Part shown: piece by piece, positions 1 to 19,265 of the stretch
How the letters are laid out: every line of letters starts with the position of its first letter
How positions within the stretch are numbered: position 1 is the stretch's first letter
Source: the human T2T-CHM13v2.0 reference genome, Homo sapiens
Length of the DNA: 64,000 bases
Assembly: GCF_009914755.1 (NCBI RefSeq)
Contig: NC_060929.1
Reading direction: 5' to 3' (one strand)
Notes under the pieces: generated by a model
Database searches by the model: none
What the model was told of the DNA's origin: nothing
Seen by the model: only the letters and a program-made list of their open reading frames with translations
Position numbers and translations under genes: made by a program

Positions 1-1538
1 TTAATTTAACAACTAAAAATGTGATGTAACTACAGTGGGAAAATAAAGTAGGGAGAGGTGTATGTGTTTGAATCAGGAAAAACAGAGTAAGAGTGGAGAA
101 TAAAAACCCAAAGATCAATAGAAAACTTAAAACATCTCAAGTATGAGTATTGCTGGTACGAACTAAGACAAGTCTTTGATTTACTGAGAAAGTCCAAAGA
201 TGCAAGCCAAAACACAGAGATGTAAAGTTAGGCGATTATGTTAGGTTGTCCTATGTGTTATATTAGTATCTGTATTTGTCTAAAAATAAGTTTATTTGAA
301 AAAATCTGGGCACAGTAGAGCAAAAGATAATTTAAACCATGTGCTAATTATACCTAAATACATGTAGAGGAAGCAGTTTTTAAATTTCCAATTGCAAGTT
401 ATCAACCTTCTTGGCTGTCCTTAAAAAAGTAGTTAATGTAGCTGCAGAATGATAATAAATGATTTTGAAACCTCAGTTTACTGGGAAGATTTCCAAAATT
501 CATCAGTATTTACTCGAAATGACTCTACCCATGAGCAGGGTTAAAAGTCAATACCTTTAATGACTTTAAGACACCCTTCTCCTCCTTTAAGATAAATTTA
601 CTAATTTTGTCTTAAGTAAAGTCTGCTATTTTAAGGACAACCTTAAACTTCATATTGAGAAAATTAGTATATGGAAATTCATACAAAATCTACAATAGAA
701 GAACATGAAGGCAAAAACATTCTGGAATGATGAAATAATCTTTTCATCCCCTGGTTTGGGTACAGGTACTTATTTTTAGCTCAGAGGCTTTATAATTTTT
801 ATAAAATAAGATTACCTATAAATCTTCCTTGTCAGAAAACCAACAGTAATTGACAGTGTTTTTTGGATTTTGGCTTCCTTGAAGCAATTCTCTTTCATTT
901 TCTGTATTTTGAAAACCACATACCAAAGCCAATTAGATTGACGTATTGGCTAGTGGGCATGGGTAACTACAGAACGAGGAACTGGCCAGAGCCATTGCTC
1001 CCACAGGCACACTCATGAGGCATACCTGAATCTCATTCAAGCTTTCACTGTGTAATGCCCTCATTTTAAGCAGAGCCTGTGGGTAATAAACAAAATACAT
1101 CTCAGTGGTAAAACCACTCTATCCGGTTGAGCAGACCACATCTTCAGAACCACAGGGAAACCAAGCATCATTTTGTGATATTTTTAAAGGCCAACGACAA
1201 GGAATCAGACCAATCTGTAATTTCTGGCCTTCGTGTCTTATCTCTTACTTCGAAATCATAGACGGACATGGGGTGGAGAGAAAAATAGGGGATTATGATC
1301 AGACATTTTAATAATTTTAAATTACTTTGTTATGGACATATTCCATAGAAACAGAATGACTATCCGTTTAAAGATTAAAGACAAGGTTTTACTTTTTTAA
1401 TTGAATTGAGTAGATACCTATTGGGTATCTACTTTGTAAAGAATCCTGGGCTAGGCAGCATAGGGTTTGTTAAGATGAGTAGTTTACAGTTCCAGGCCTA
1501 AAGATTTTACAGTTTAGTCATGAAATCAGGTATTTAAC

Positions 1539-1735
1539 CAGGGTGGGCAAACTCACAATCGCTAGGTAAATCTGGTCCACAGCCTTGTTTTAGTTGTTTG
1601 TTTTGCTGAGTTTCTAATTTGAACGTTCTAAGCTGTGCATGAACTCTCCAGCTCATTTTCTGCTGACTTACATTCAGCCACTCTACACAATTACATTATC
1701 CACTGGGCCCCTGACGGAACTGAATTTACGATGTT
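1539..1735. mobile_element. hAT-Charlie DNA transposon fragment (MER102/MER58-like)
   Basis: Begins cagggtgggcaaact, resembling a Charlie terminal inverted repeat, and ends ggcccctgacggaactgaattt, resembling the MER102 end. Very diverged. Confidence 0.45.
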
Positions 1736-1782
1736 GATATAAACACCAAATGTACTCCATAAGCAAATGAAATAAATTGGGA

Positions 1783-1998
1783 GACAGTGTGTTAGAGGAG
1801 AACACATATTTTTGATCTGAAAGAGACTCACTTACGAATCCTGATTCTGCCACTTAATATCTATGTGATCTTAAGCAAGTTATACTTCTTTGAGCCTTAG
1901 TTTTCTTTTCTAAAAATGAAGCTAGTGGTGAACTGACTTCACATTATAGTGGTGAAGACTAGACAAGATAATATTTCTGATTAGCACAGGATCTGCCA
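1783..1998 (+). mobile_element. MIR SINE
   Basis: MIR core aatcctgattctgccacttaatatctatgtgatcttaagcaagttatacttctttgagccttagttttc. Confidence 0.8.
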
Positions 1999-2334
1999 CG
2001 TTGCAACTTCACTATATAATTTGGCATCTTTCCCTCCCCTTGAGTAGATGAAAATGGAAGTTTAGAAGGATCCATTAATTCTCTCTGGGTGGTCAGGGAA
2101 CACTTCACAAAAGCAAGTGGTCATTTGAACTGGATTATGAAGGAAGGAAAAGGTTGTAATTGACAAGGAAGAGATGTGGCACTTTCTAAGGTTTAGGGTC
2201 TCCTATTGTGAGTAGACGGGAAGCCAGGCCACTGATGAGGGTTCTGTGGGGTCAGGGATGGTAGAGAACATCCTCTTAGAGTAAGCAGGAGCAAGTCTGG
2301 AGCAGGTATTGCCGCTCATCACTTGCTTTCACTT

Positions 2335-4380
<2,046 letters not shown>

Positions 4381-4419
4381 TTGTACTGAACTGTCGGAAA
4401 GACTCTACTACAAGTAGAT

Positions 4420-4680
4420 CCTAGACAAATGGTAAACTCACATGATTATTGGTGGCATAAAAATACACCCATGGGAGCTTCAGATAAAAATTTAAATTTT
4501 CAGGTTCTCTTTAAAAATAAAGATATAAAAACAAAGGCTCTACATTCCCACATGGCAGCAATCTACAGAATCTAAATAAAAACCATCCCCTTCACACTGG
4601 CATATTCTCTCTAATCACCACAATCTTCTTCACTTCCTCTTGTGTTATAGGGACTAGTTTCCTCATTTACTTGCATATCC
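4420..4680. mobile_element. MER102-like hAT-Charlie fragment
   Basis: cattcccacatggcagcaatc and downstream sequence resemble the MER102 internal consensus. Confidence 0.5.
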
Positions 4681-4799
4681 TAATTTAAAGGAAGAAAGAG
4701 GCCAGAGGGTGTAGCATGATAAAAGGAAGGAAGGTGTGAAGTATGAGTTATTTTAAAAGACATACACTAAGCTACGGGGATGGAAGGAGAGATTAAAAC

Positions 4800-6260
4800 A
4801 ATGATGAGAAGGGCTATGAAAACCATCCTAAGCTCTTGAGCTTTATTCCTTAGTTAATGTTACAAAGGCCTTTATCTAAGAGTTGAACAAAATGTAAACT
4901 GTTTTAGAGAGATAACTTCAGAAGCAGTGTGGAGGACATAATGTAAAAGTTAAACAGTAGAAGCAAGGAGGTTATGATAGAAGAGTGTACATAAGAAAAT
5001 GTGAGTATGACCTGTGGACTTGCCCATAATCATGGAAAGTAAGGAAGGAAAATTGGACAGAATTCAGAGATGGAATCTAGTAATCAACTGACTGGGATAA
5101 AAAGAAGGAAATGCAGATGAGTATGATGACTCTAGTCTAAGTGTCTGGGAGAAAAACATTAACTCAGAAGATAAATTCAGGGGAATTTAATTGGGAGAAA
5201 AGTGAGTTCTGTTTGAATGTGTTAAAATGGAAGGAAGGACTAATTATTTAATATAAACACATCCTGCAAATGGAGCGCAGGAGAAAAGGAAGAACTAAAC
5301 ATAGGGACTTGGAAATCATCAACATAGAGGTGATATTTGAAGCTAAAGACTAGGTAAGATTGTCCAGGACAAGGAGAAGAGGGGCACATAGAGCCTTCAG
5401 GAACACTAGACTTGCAGAGATGGTGTTGGAAGAAGTACCAATAAGTGAGACTAAGAAGAAAACATAAGTGAGATGGAGATTTGGTGGCTATTTTCCATTT
5501 GCCCTTCTAAATCCACTTTCCACCCTGCTCTGTGCTCTGGGAGGCTGACCTGTCTGAGCTGCATCCATGGTTCTCTTCTCCTCTGGCACTGGGCCTAACT
5601 TGGCCAGTGGGAAGCCTTGGTCAAGATCAGAGGTTAGGAAGAGAGTAAAGTTAGATTATTTATTCTCCCTCGCTGCCTCCCTATCAGATTACCCCAAGTT
5701 AGCAATATCCCTCTCTGAAGTCCACAGCTTCTGTCAAGTGGCAGTTCTGATAGCTGCTCCCATCTTTTGCCCCTAGAGGTGGTCACAGACACTCCTATCT
5801 TTAGTCCAAGAGTACTGCCCAATCTGCTGTTCACTTCTTGTACCCCGTCACATCTTTATAAAGAGCCCCTTCATTACACTCACTTCAATTACTCAATGTA
5901 AATGTGCCATCTATTTCCTGCTAGGATACTCTCTGATTCAAGGGGTAAATCTAGGAAGGTGCAATATTCTGGAAGCCATTATGGAAGAGTTTGCATAAAT
6001 GCTACAGAGCATGTAACAGGATGAAGACTAAAAAGAATCAGACTTTGACTTTTTCTTCTTTTTCAGAAGACTGGTGTGTGCAGGAGACAGGGTGCAAGGT
6101 TTTGTGGAAGAAAGGAAGAAATGAATGGTAAGAGAAAATAAAGGCAATGAGTAAAAGCTATTGCTTCAAAACAGCTGACGCTGTAGGGGTACAAAGGGGA
6201 GATAGGACATTAGTCTGAAACAGAACTAATCTATGTCTTTAAATTTAAGGAGAGATTGAA
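4800..6260 (-). mobile_element. L2 LINE fragments (split by an LTR33-like element)
   Basis: Purine-rich antisense L2 text such as gtgagttctgtttgaatgtgttaaa and ggacttggaaatcatcaacatagaggtgatatttgaagc. Resumes after about 5941. Confidence 0.7.
5480..5940 (+). mobile_element. LTR33-like ERVL solo LTR
   Basis: Contains ccaccctgctctgtgctctgggaggctgacc. The 3' end gtgccatctatttcctgctaggatactctctgattca resembles the LTR33 terminus. Confidence 0.65.
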
Positions 6261-6304
6261 ATAGCACCACAATACTGCCTTTATTTATTTATTTTTTTTG
6301 GAAG

Positions 6305-6765
6305 GGGGCAAAGGACATGAACAGACATTCTCAAAAGAAGACATTTATATGGCCAACAAACATGAAAAAAACTCAACATTACTGATCATCAGAGAAATGC
6401 AAATCAAAACCACAATGAGATACCGTCTCACACCAGTCAGAATGGCAATTATTAAAAAGTCAGGAAATAGTAGATGCTGGTGAGAAGGCTATGGAGAAAT
6501 AGGAATGCTTTTACACTGTTGGTGGGAATGTAAATTAGTTCAACCATTGTAGAAGACAGCATGGTGATTCTTCAAAAATCTAGAACCAGAAATACCATTT
6601 GACCCAGCAATCCCGTTACTGGGTATATACCCAAAGGAATATAAATCATTCTACTATAAAGACACATGCACACATATGTTTATTGCAGCACTATTTACAA
6701 TAGCAAAGACATGGAACCAACCCAAATGCCCATTAATGACAGACTGGATAAAGACAACGTGCACA
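6305..6765 (+). mobile_element. Older L1PA (L1PA8-11-like) 5'-truncated element, left part
   Basis: ORF2 3' region sequence ([28 protein letters not shown]). Continues at 12935 after the nested L1. Confidence 0.9.
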
Positions 6766-7789
6766 GGGAGGTTCCAAGATGGCCAAATAGGAACAGCTCC
6801 AGTCTGCAGCTCCCAACGTGAGCGACGCAGAAGACAGGTGATTTCTGCATTTCCAACTGAGGTACCAGGTTCATGTCACTGGGGCTTGTCGGACAGTGGG
6901 TGAAGGACAGTGGGTACAGCCCACGGAGTGTGAACAGAAGCAGGGCGAGGCATCACCTCACCCGGGAAGCACAAGGGGTCGGGGAATTCCCTTTCCTAGA
7001 CAAGGGAAGCTGTGATAGACGGCACCTGGAAAATCGGGTGACTCCCACCCTAATACTGTGCATTTCTAACAGTCTTAGCAAATGGCACACCAGGAGATTA
7101 CATCCTGCACCTGGCTCGGAGGGTCCCACGCCTGCAGTCTCACTCACTGTTAGCACAGCAGTCTGAGATCCAACTGCAAGGTGGCAGTGAGGCTGGGGGA
7201 GGGGCGCCTGCCATTTCTGAGGCTTGAGTAGGTAAACAAAGCTGCTGGGAAGCTCGAACTGGGTGGAGCCCACCTCAGCTCTAGAAGGCCTGCTTGCCTC
7301 TGTAGACTCCACCTCTGGGGGCAGGGCATAGCTGAACAAAAGGCAGTAGAAACTTCTGCAGACTTAAATATCCCTGTCTGACAGCTTTGAAGAGAGTAGT
7401 GGTTCTCCCAGCACAGAGTTTGAGATCTGGGAATGGACAGACCGCCTCCTCAAGTGGGTCCCTGACCCCCAAGTAGCCTAAATGGGAGGCACCTCCCAGT
7501 AGGGGCCGACTGACACCTCATATGGCCAGGTGTCCCTCTGAGACAAAGCCTCCAGAGGAACGATCAGACAGCAACATTTGCTGTTCTGCAATATTTGCTG
7601 TTCTGCAGCCTCTGCTGGTGATACCCAAGCAAACAGGGTCTGGAGTGGACCTCCAGCAAACTCCAACAGACCTGCAGCTGAGGGTACTGACTGTTAGAAG
7701 GAAAACTAACAAACAGAAAGGACATCCACACCAAAACCCCAACTGTACATCACCATCATCAAAGACCAAAGGTAGATAAAACCACAAAG
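6766..7789 (+). promoter_or_regulatory. L1 5'UTR with internal sense promoter and antisense promoter region
   Basis: YY1-type caagatggcc at 6775-6784 and typical L1PA 5'UTR text. Many CpGs have decayed to TpG/CpA. Confidence 0.75.
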
Positions 7790-8815
7790 ATGGGGAAAAA
7801 CCAGAGCAGAAAAGCGGAAAATTCTAAAAATCAGAGCACCTCTTCTCCTCCAAAGGAATGCAGCTCCTTGCCAGCAATGGAACAAAGCTGGTTGGAGAAT
7901 GACTTCGATGAGTTGAGAGAAGAAGGCTTCAGACGATCGGTAATAACAAACTTCTCCGAGCTAAAGGAGGATGTTCGAACCCATTGCAAAGAAGCTAAAA
8001 ACCTTGAAAAAAAGATCAGATGAATGGCTAACTAGAATAAACAGTGTAGAGAAGACCTTAAATGACCTGACAGAGTTGAAAACCATGGAACAAGAGCTAC
8101 AAGACACATGTACAAGCTTCAGTAGCCAATTCGATCAACTGGAAGAAAGGGTATCAGTGATTGAAGATCAAATGAATGAAATGAAGTGAGAAGAGAAGTT
8201 TACAGAAAAAAGAATAAAAGGAAATGAACAAAGCCTCCAAGAAATATGGGAATATGAGAAAAGACCAAATCTATGTCTGATTGGTGTACCTGAAAGTGAA
8301 GGGGAGAATGGAACCAAGTTGGAAACACTCTTCAGGATATTATCCAGGAGAACTTCCCCAACCTAGCAAGGCAGGCCAACATTCAAATTCAGGAAATACA
8401 GAGAATGCCACAAAGATACTCCTTGAGAAGAGCAACTCCAAGACACATAATTGTCAGATTCACCAAAGTTGAAATGAAGGAAAAAATGTTAAGGGTGGCC
8501 AGACAGAAAGGTCAGGTTACCCACAAAGGGAAGCCCATCACACTAACAGCGGATGTCTTGGCAGAAACTCTACAAGCCAAAAGTGAGTGGGGGCCAGTAT
8601 TCAACATTCTTAAAGAAAAGAATTTTAAACCCAGAATTTCATATCCAGCCAAACTAAGCTTCATAAGTGAAGGAGACATAAAATCCTTTACAGACAAGCA
8701 AATGCTGAGAGATTTTGTCACCACCAGGCCTGCCTTACAAGAGCTCCTGAAGGAAGCACTAAACATGGAAAGGAAAAACTGGTACCAGCCACTGAAAAAA
8801 CATGCCAAATTGTAA
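7790..8815 (+). pseudogene. L1 ORF1p, disrupted
   Basis: MGKNQSRKAENSKNQ through KHAKL is spread over three ORF pieces (7790-8023, 7971-8189, 8405-8815), with a frameshift in an A-run near 8010 and a stop at 8187. Confidence 0.93.
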
Positions 8816-8877
8816 AGACCATCTATGCTGGGTAGAAACTGCATCAACTAATGAGCAAAATAACCAGCTAACACATA

Positions 8878-12701
<3,824 letters not shown>

Positions 12702-12934
12702 ACAATGAGAACACTTGTACACAGAATGGGGAACATCACACACCAGGGCCTGTTGTGGGGTGAGGAGAGGGGGTAGGGATGGCATTAGGAGAATTACCTA
12801 ATATAAATGATGAGTTAATGGGTGCAGCACACCAACATGGCACATGTATACATATGTAACAAACACAAACCTGCACGTTGTGCACATGTACCCTAGAACT
12901 TAAAGTATAATAATAAAAATTTAAAAAAAGAAAA

Positions 12935-13320
12935 AAAGAAAATGTGGCACATATACACCATGGAATACTATGCATCCATAAAAAGGAATGAGATCATGTC
13001 CTTTGCAGGGACATGGATGAAGCTGGAAGCCATCATCCTCAGCAAACTAACAGAAACAGAAAACCAAACACTGCATGTTCTCACTTATAAGTGTGAGTTA
13101 AACAGTGAGAACACATGGACACAGATAGGGAAACAATACACACCAGGGCCTGTTAGGGGGTGGGAGAACTGAAGATGGTGTTCATTGAAGGGAGGGAACT
13201 TAGAGGACAGGCTGATAGGTGCAGCAAACCATCATGGCACACGTATACCTATGTAACAAACATGCACATTCTATATGTGGATCTCATGTTTTTTCTTAGA
13301 AGAAATAAAGAAAAAAAAAG
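12935..13320 (+). mobile_element. Older L1PA (L1PA10-like) 3' end, right part of the element split by the nested L1
   Basis: Resumes aaagaaaatgtggcacatatacaccatgg. 3'UTR with gggaacttagaggacagg, ending tttttcttagaagaaataaagaaaa. Confidence 0.88.
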
Positions 13321-14604
13321 ATTCACTCCCCCAACACTTAAGTTGGAGTGCCATTTATGTGCCAGATACGAGTTAGAGTAAACTTTAAAGAAATAAAAAT
13401 ACTATAATTTCTCTCAAGAAGTTAATAAAGGAGATAGCTGTGTAAAAAAATATTGTGCATCTGAAGCAGATATAACCAGTCTGAAAAATAAAAAAAACAC
13501 AAAAATAATTGTGAAAAAAAACTGCTTTTGGGTGTGTGTGTGTGTGTGGTCAATTACCTCATTGTCACATGATTCAAATGGCCTTCTTAAGTTAGCAAAT
13601 CACCTTCTCCCTGGAATTTTAATATGACAGAAAGATTTCAAATATGACCAAGAGACAATGAAAGATGCAATATCTAGTTTAGGCTTACCTCTCTGAGTCA
13701 TTCCAATTATTAATCATGTATAAGACACCATAAGCCACCTCTAGGAAAATGATGATTCTTTATTGCTTGTTAAAAATATTTACATTTTCCTCTACCAGCT
13801 GTATATAAGGAATTGATATTTTCTGAATCGCTAAGTCAATAACATCTTCCTTGAGCCATCAAAGGATTTGATAAACCAGCAAAACACAAGAGCCTCTGCT
13901 GCAAATAAGTGGGAGGCACTCGGGCTGTCAGGCAATTAAGTGGACCTGAATAAGCTGATGTAATTAAGCCTCCTACTGCATAATTATCTTTATTTTAAAT
14001 GTGTCTTTTGATGAAACATCTGTTCCCTGCTCCATATATGAAAAGAGGGACCCATGCTCATGAAGAAAACAGAGCTTGTGAGGCCTTCACACATGCTGCC
14101 TGGGCTGCACAGATCCAAGGCAACAAATGTTGTCATTTGTTTCATCTTTGCACGCAAGAGGCAGGTGTCCTCCTGTCCTCAGCCCGTGTTCGCCTGACCT
14201 CTGAGCTTACAGCAGCTGCCTGGAGTCCTGTTACACAAAGCAGCTCCTGGGTGCTGAGGGGACACTCAGAAGCAGGGGTTGCATCTAGCTATAAGGACCA
14301 GTGCTTTGGCCATCTGCAAAGAAGAACAATCACATGTGCTCAGCAAGAGAAGGTTGGGTACTGATGGTCAGCAGGACTTCCTTGGGTCCCTGTCTCCAGC
14401 CTCAGTGCATGACCTCATTCCTTTAATCAAAGGTAAATCTGATTAGTCAAACCAGAGCACATTAAGGGTGGGCCAGCATTACCTTGGTGAATTTCTGTAT
14501 GGAATTTTTGTCTGTCCTCAGTTCTGGAGGCTCCAAACTCTGGCTTGCTGCATCACTATTTTTGTCTGAATCAGACATTTTGAATCACACCAATGGACAT
14601 TTAA

Positions 14605-14815
14605 GTGGAAAAGTTATAGGCTTTGGTGGGAAAGAGATCTGATTTTATATTTAGGGGATGCCAATTGTGGGCTAGGTGATCAACCATTTGTTGTCTTTCA
14701 GCCTCGACTTATTCAACTCTAAATTAGAGATAAGGATACCTACCACATAGGATCATTGTGAGAATTAAAAGGTAGACAGAGGGCCTAATACAGCAGCTGA
14801 TCTGAATAAACATTA
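14605..14815 (+). mobile_element. MIR SINE
   Basis: tcagcctcgacttattcaactctaaattagagataaggatacctaccacataggatcattgtgagaattaaa matches the MIR 3' part. Confidence 0.65.
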
Positions 14816-15064
14816 GCTCCTTTCCCCTTTCTCTGACTCACCTTCTCCCACTGCCCATGCAGAGGTCTTAATGCCAGTCTATTAATTAATAGTGAGAAAT
14901 CTTCTTTAAAGGACACTGACCAACACCACTTCTTTCTACAATGTCCCATAGTTGGGGATCAAGGAGTTGGACCATCAGGATGAGTGTTTAATAGAATCAA
15001 TAACAGCCTAGTGCATCCAGAGAAATGAACACTATTTATCAGTGATCAGAGCTCATACCCCTGA

Positions 15065-15438
<374 letters not shown>

Positions 15439-15561
15439 TAAATTCCTATATTCTGTATTCTGGATAGATCATTACTGACTATTCCTCTCCTTCAACATAT
15501 TAATATTATTCATACTAGATCAGCTATTGGCATGCTAGTATTGTGAGGCAATGCCTTAGTC

Positions 15562-16320
15562 TTTTTTTAATAGCTTTACTAAAATATAATTCATATATCA
15601 TGCAATTCATTCATTTAAGTATACAATTCAAAGCCTTTTAGTATATTTAGAGTTGTGCTTCCATCACCATAGTCCATTTTAGAACATTTTCACCACCCCA
15701 AAAAGAACTCCAACACTGCTTACACATGATTTCTCAATTCCCCTATTCCCACATGGCCCTAGGCAACCAGTAATCTTCTTTCTGTCCCTATGGATTTGCC
15801 TATTAAAGGCATTTAATATAAATGGAAACATACAATATGTATTTTTGTGTCTTTTTTTTTCACTTAGCATGATATTTCCAAGGTCCATTCATGTTGTGGT
15901 ATGTATTAGTACTTCATTCCTTTTTATTGCCAAATAATATTCCATTGTGTGGATATACTACATTTTATTCATCCTCAGTTGATGGACATTTGGGTTGTTT
16001 CCACTTTTTTGGCTATTGTGAACAATGTAGCTATGAATACTCACGGCAAGATTTTACATGAACATATATTTTTAATTCTCTTAGGTATTATACTTAGGGT
16101 TGGAATGGGTCATACGGTAGCTCTAGTTTTTTGAAGAGCTGCCAAATTGTTTTTCAAAGTTGTTGCACCATTATAAATTCCCACCAGCAGTGCAAAAGGA
16201 TTTTAATTTCTCCACATCTTGCCAACACTTGTTATTACCTGTCCTTTTGATTACAGCCGTCATAAGAGATGTGAAGTGGTATCTCTTGCTGTTTTGATTT
16301 GTACTTCCCTAATGGCTGAT
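15562..16320 (-). mobile_element. L1MB-type 3' fragment
   Basis: Antisense L1MB 3'UTR: tagctttactaaaatataattcata...ttttagaacattttcaccaccccaaaaagaa...cccaccagcagtg. Confidence 0.88.
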
Positions 16321-16744
16321 TGTCTTAGTTTGTTGCAGAAAATATTTCAATGACCCCCACTACAAGCCACTGCCTCTGAGAGTATCTTGCTGTGACTTCT
16401 TTTTTCTTCCTAGATGACTAACAGCCAATATAGGCTTTACTTCAGCAAGACAGCTATCCAAGAAGGTACTTTTTGGCCCAGATATTTGTGATAGCCTGTT
16501 ACACATCATTTTTGCAATGGGGAAGAAGATAAGTAAGATATTAGGAATAACTTCTTCATCTCAAAGCAAGGGCATTAGGGAGGGCACGGAGGGAGGGTCT
16601 CAGAGGAAAAGTTGAAATCAAATTTCATCATTAATTCGCTATTTAGAACCAAACTTTAATGTTCTGTCATCAGTGATGTCAGTGATGTTATATTTACATG
16701 CCACTTATGTGGAAGGAGAGAAATAGAAGCTAAAAATGGTATCG

Positions 16745-16930
16745 AGAAAGCAGCATACGAGCCCTGCTTCTAACTTCTGTTCTTGATGGTTTTAAAAAAG
16801 CACTAACTTTAGGTTAAAATTTTTTAAGACAGAGAAAATGATTTCCCCATGGGGTTATTGTGAGGGCTAATTAAGATAAATTTGTTGAGCCTACTTGATA
16901 AACTTTAAAACACTAAGTAAGATATTATCT
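16745..16930 (+). mobile_element. MIR (MIRc/MIR3-like) fragment
   Basis: ggggttattgtgagggctaattaagataaa resembles the MIR 3' part. Confidence 0.45.
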
Positions 16931-17057
16931 GACACTTATTAATAGTAAGAATAGCTCATATTTACTGAAAATTTGTTTTATGCTGGGGCTGGACTTCAAA
17001 TCCACCCAATATAGTGTCTTTATGGTACTTAAAAAAAGAAATTCCAACCTCATGTAA

Positions 17058-17358
<301 letters not shown>

Positions 17359-17499
17359 TTAAGTAACAATTTTTTAAATTTTTATATTATTACACAATCT
17401 GTATCACTGGCTGAAGTCATAAATGGGCTTAAATGCTCACACATACCCCTATGTCAATGCACAACACAGCTAGTAGCACTCATACTCAATGTTCCCAAC

Positions 17500-17870
17500 T
17501 GTTTTAGTCCATTTTCACACTGCCATAAAAAACTACCTGAGACTGGGTAATTTATAAAGAAAAGAGGTTTAACTGACTCATAGTTCCACATGGCTGAGGA
17601 GGCCTCAGGAAGCTTTCAATCATGGCGGAAGGTGAAGGAGAAGCAAACATCAACTTACATGGCGGCAGGAGAGAAAGAGAGCTAGCAACGGGAAACTGTC
17701 AAACACTTTTAAACAATCAGTTATCGTGAGAACTCACTCATTATCATGAGAGCAGTATGGGGGAAACTGCCCCCATGATCCAATTACCTCCCATCAGGTC
17801 CCTCCCTCGACACATGGGGATTACAGTTCAACATGAGATTTGGGTGGGGACACAGAGCCAAACTGTATCA
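17500..17870 (-). mobile_element. MSTA-type MaLR solo LTR
   Basis: TG...CA ends with typical MST text. Perfect 5-bp TSD ccaac at 17495-17499 and 17871-17875. Confidence 0.92.
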
Positions 17871-18029
17871 CCAACCTTGTAGATGGGGGAAGGGGTAGAC
17901 ATAGGGCCTCTCAATACAGCAAGCTTCCAAAAGAAACAACCTCAGGACAAAGTTGGGCAGGGCACAACCTCACAAACATCTGCATGCCAAGTGAGTATGT
18001 GTATGTCCTACCAAGTATGGGCATGGGTA

Positions 18030-18410
18030 CACTCACATGTTTGGATTTATCACCTGGGTTCTTGCATATGGCTGCATCCATCTAGAGTTTTGATTGGGCT
18101 GGAAGGTCTAAGACAACCTCACTTCTATGTCTGGAAGCTCACAATCTGTTCACTCAGGCAAATCATTTCACCTATATATGACCGCTCATCCTTCAATAGG
18201 CTAAATTGGCTTCCTGTCATGGTGGTCTCAGCACACTGTTTCAAAAAAGCAAAGGCAGAAACTACATAGTCTTTGTAGATCCCAGAACTCACGCAACGTC
18301 ACTTCTGCTACATTCATAGTCAAAGCCAGCCCAGATGCAATGAAGTGGAGGAATAGACTCTACCTCTTGATGTTATAAAATATTATATGTCATATTTATT
18401 GCACCCCACT
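18030..18410 (-). mobile_element. MLT1 (J/K-like) MaLR LTR fragment
   Basis: cacttctgctacattc...agccagcccagatgcaa...gaatagactctacctcttgatg. Confidence 0.55.
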
Positions 18411-18419
18411 CATATGCAG

Positions 18420-18575
18420 GAGCCATGCTTTACTTACAACAATGCCATGAGCTTACTGCAACACCATGAGAGCAACTATAATTTTATTCACTTTTTAGAT
18501 TAAAAAATTGAGATCCAAGCTTAAAAGCACAGTTCTTGTGACACATCTGGGTTTGAACCCAAGTCTGTCTGACAT
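18420..18575 (-). mobile_element. MIR SINE
   Basis: gggtttgaacccaagtctgtctgac, an antisense MIR core. Confidence 0.65.
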
Positions 18576-19084
18576 GACACCTACTATTGAATCTAGAGAT
18601 TTGAATTTTGCTTGCTATGATCAAAGCTCCTATGGAAATTTCTCTCTCCTCCATACTTCAATATGTCAGGATTCAACAAACTGTTTCCTTCAAGTATATG
18701 TATCCAAGAGATTCAGCTTCCCCTTTGGAAGATTTTAATGCCCTATCTCTGATCTCTAATTTTGCCCTTCCCCTAAAGTCTACTTTTCATTTATAGAAAT
18801 GGATTATAATTCCGGCCAAATTCAATCTCAGAATCATGTGTAAATTTTTGAGAAAATATGAATTTTTCCTATTTACCTGAAAAGTTTATTTAATTTTTTA
18901 GGCTAATAGAGCAGATGCAGAGGTTCTATAGACTGGGCAATAATTTAGCCCTGGTTTTAATTTTGAGTCTTTTATTTATATTCGGATATACTTTGGTCAC
19001 TTCAGTTGAAGTAATTTATTCAAAGTAGACTTAAATGTGAGAAGAAGGACCACAGAGAAAACATATCACCACCTTTGTGGAAAG

Positions 19085-19265
19085 ATAGAAACAAGAGTAG
19101 ATGAAGATTACAAGATCAGATTTATTTGAGTTGTACAAATGAATGGCAATTTGATCTTGGCCAAGTCATTTCACTAGTTTGGGCCCAAGTTTTTTCATCT
19201 CTTACATGAGAGAATGACACTGGATACCCTCTTGGATCTTTCAGCTCTGACATTATTTGATTCTA
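19085..19265 (+). mobile_element. MIR3 SINE
   Basis: tgatcttggccaagtcatttcac, ending tttcagctctgacattatttgattcta (MIR3/L3-type tail). Confidence 0.65.

Noticed and set aside
1409-1433. Perfect 10-bp inverted repeat agtagatacc-tattg-ggtatctact
   Set aside because: Short, lies in L2-like sequence, and is too small for a miRNA hairpin. No evidence of function.
13999-14364. 121 aa ORF
   Set aside because: No homology recognised, Cys/His-rich random-looking composition, and no gene structure.
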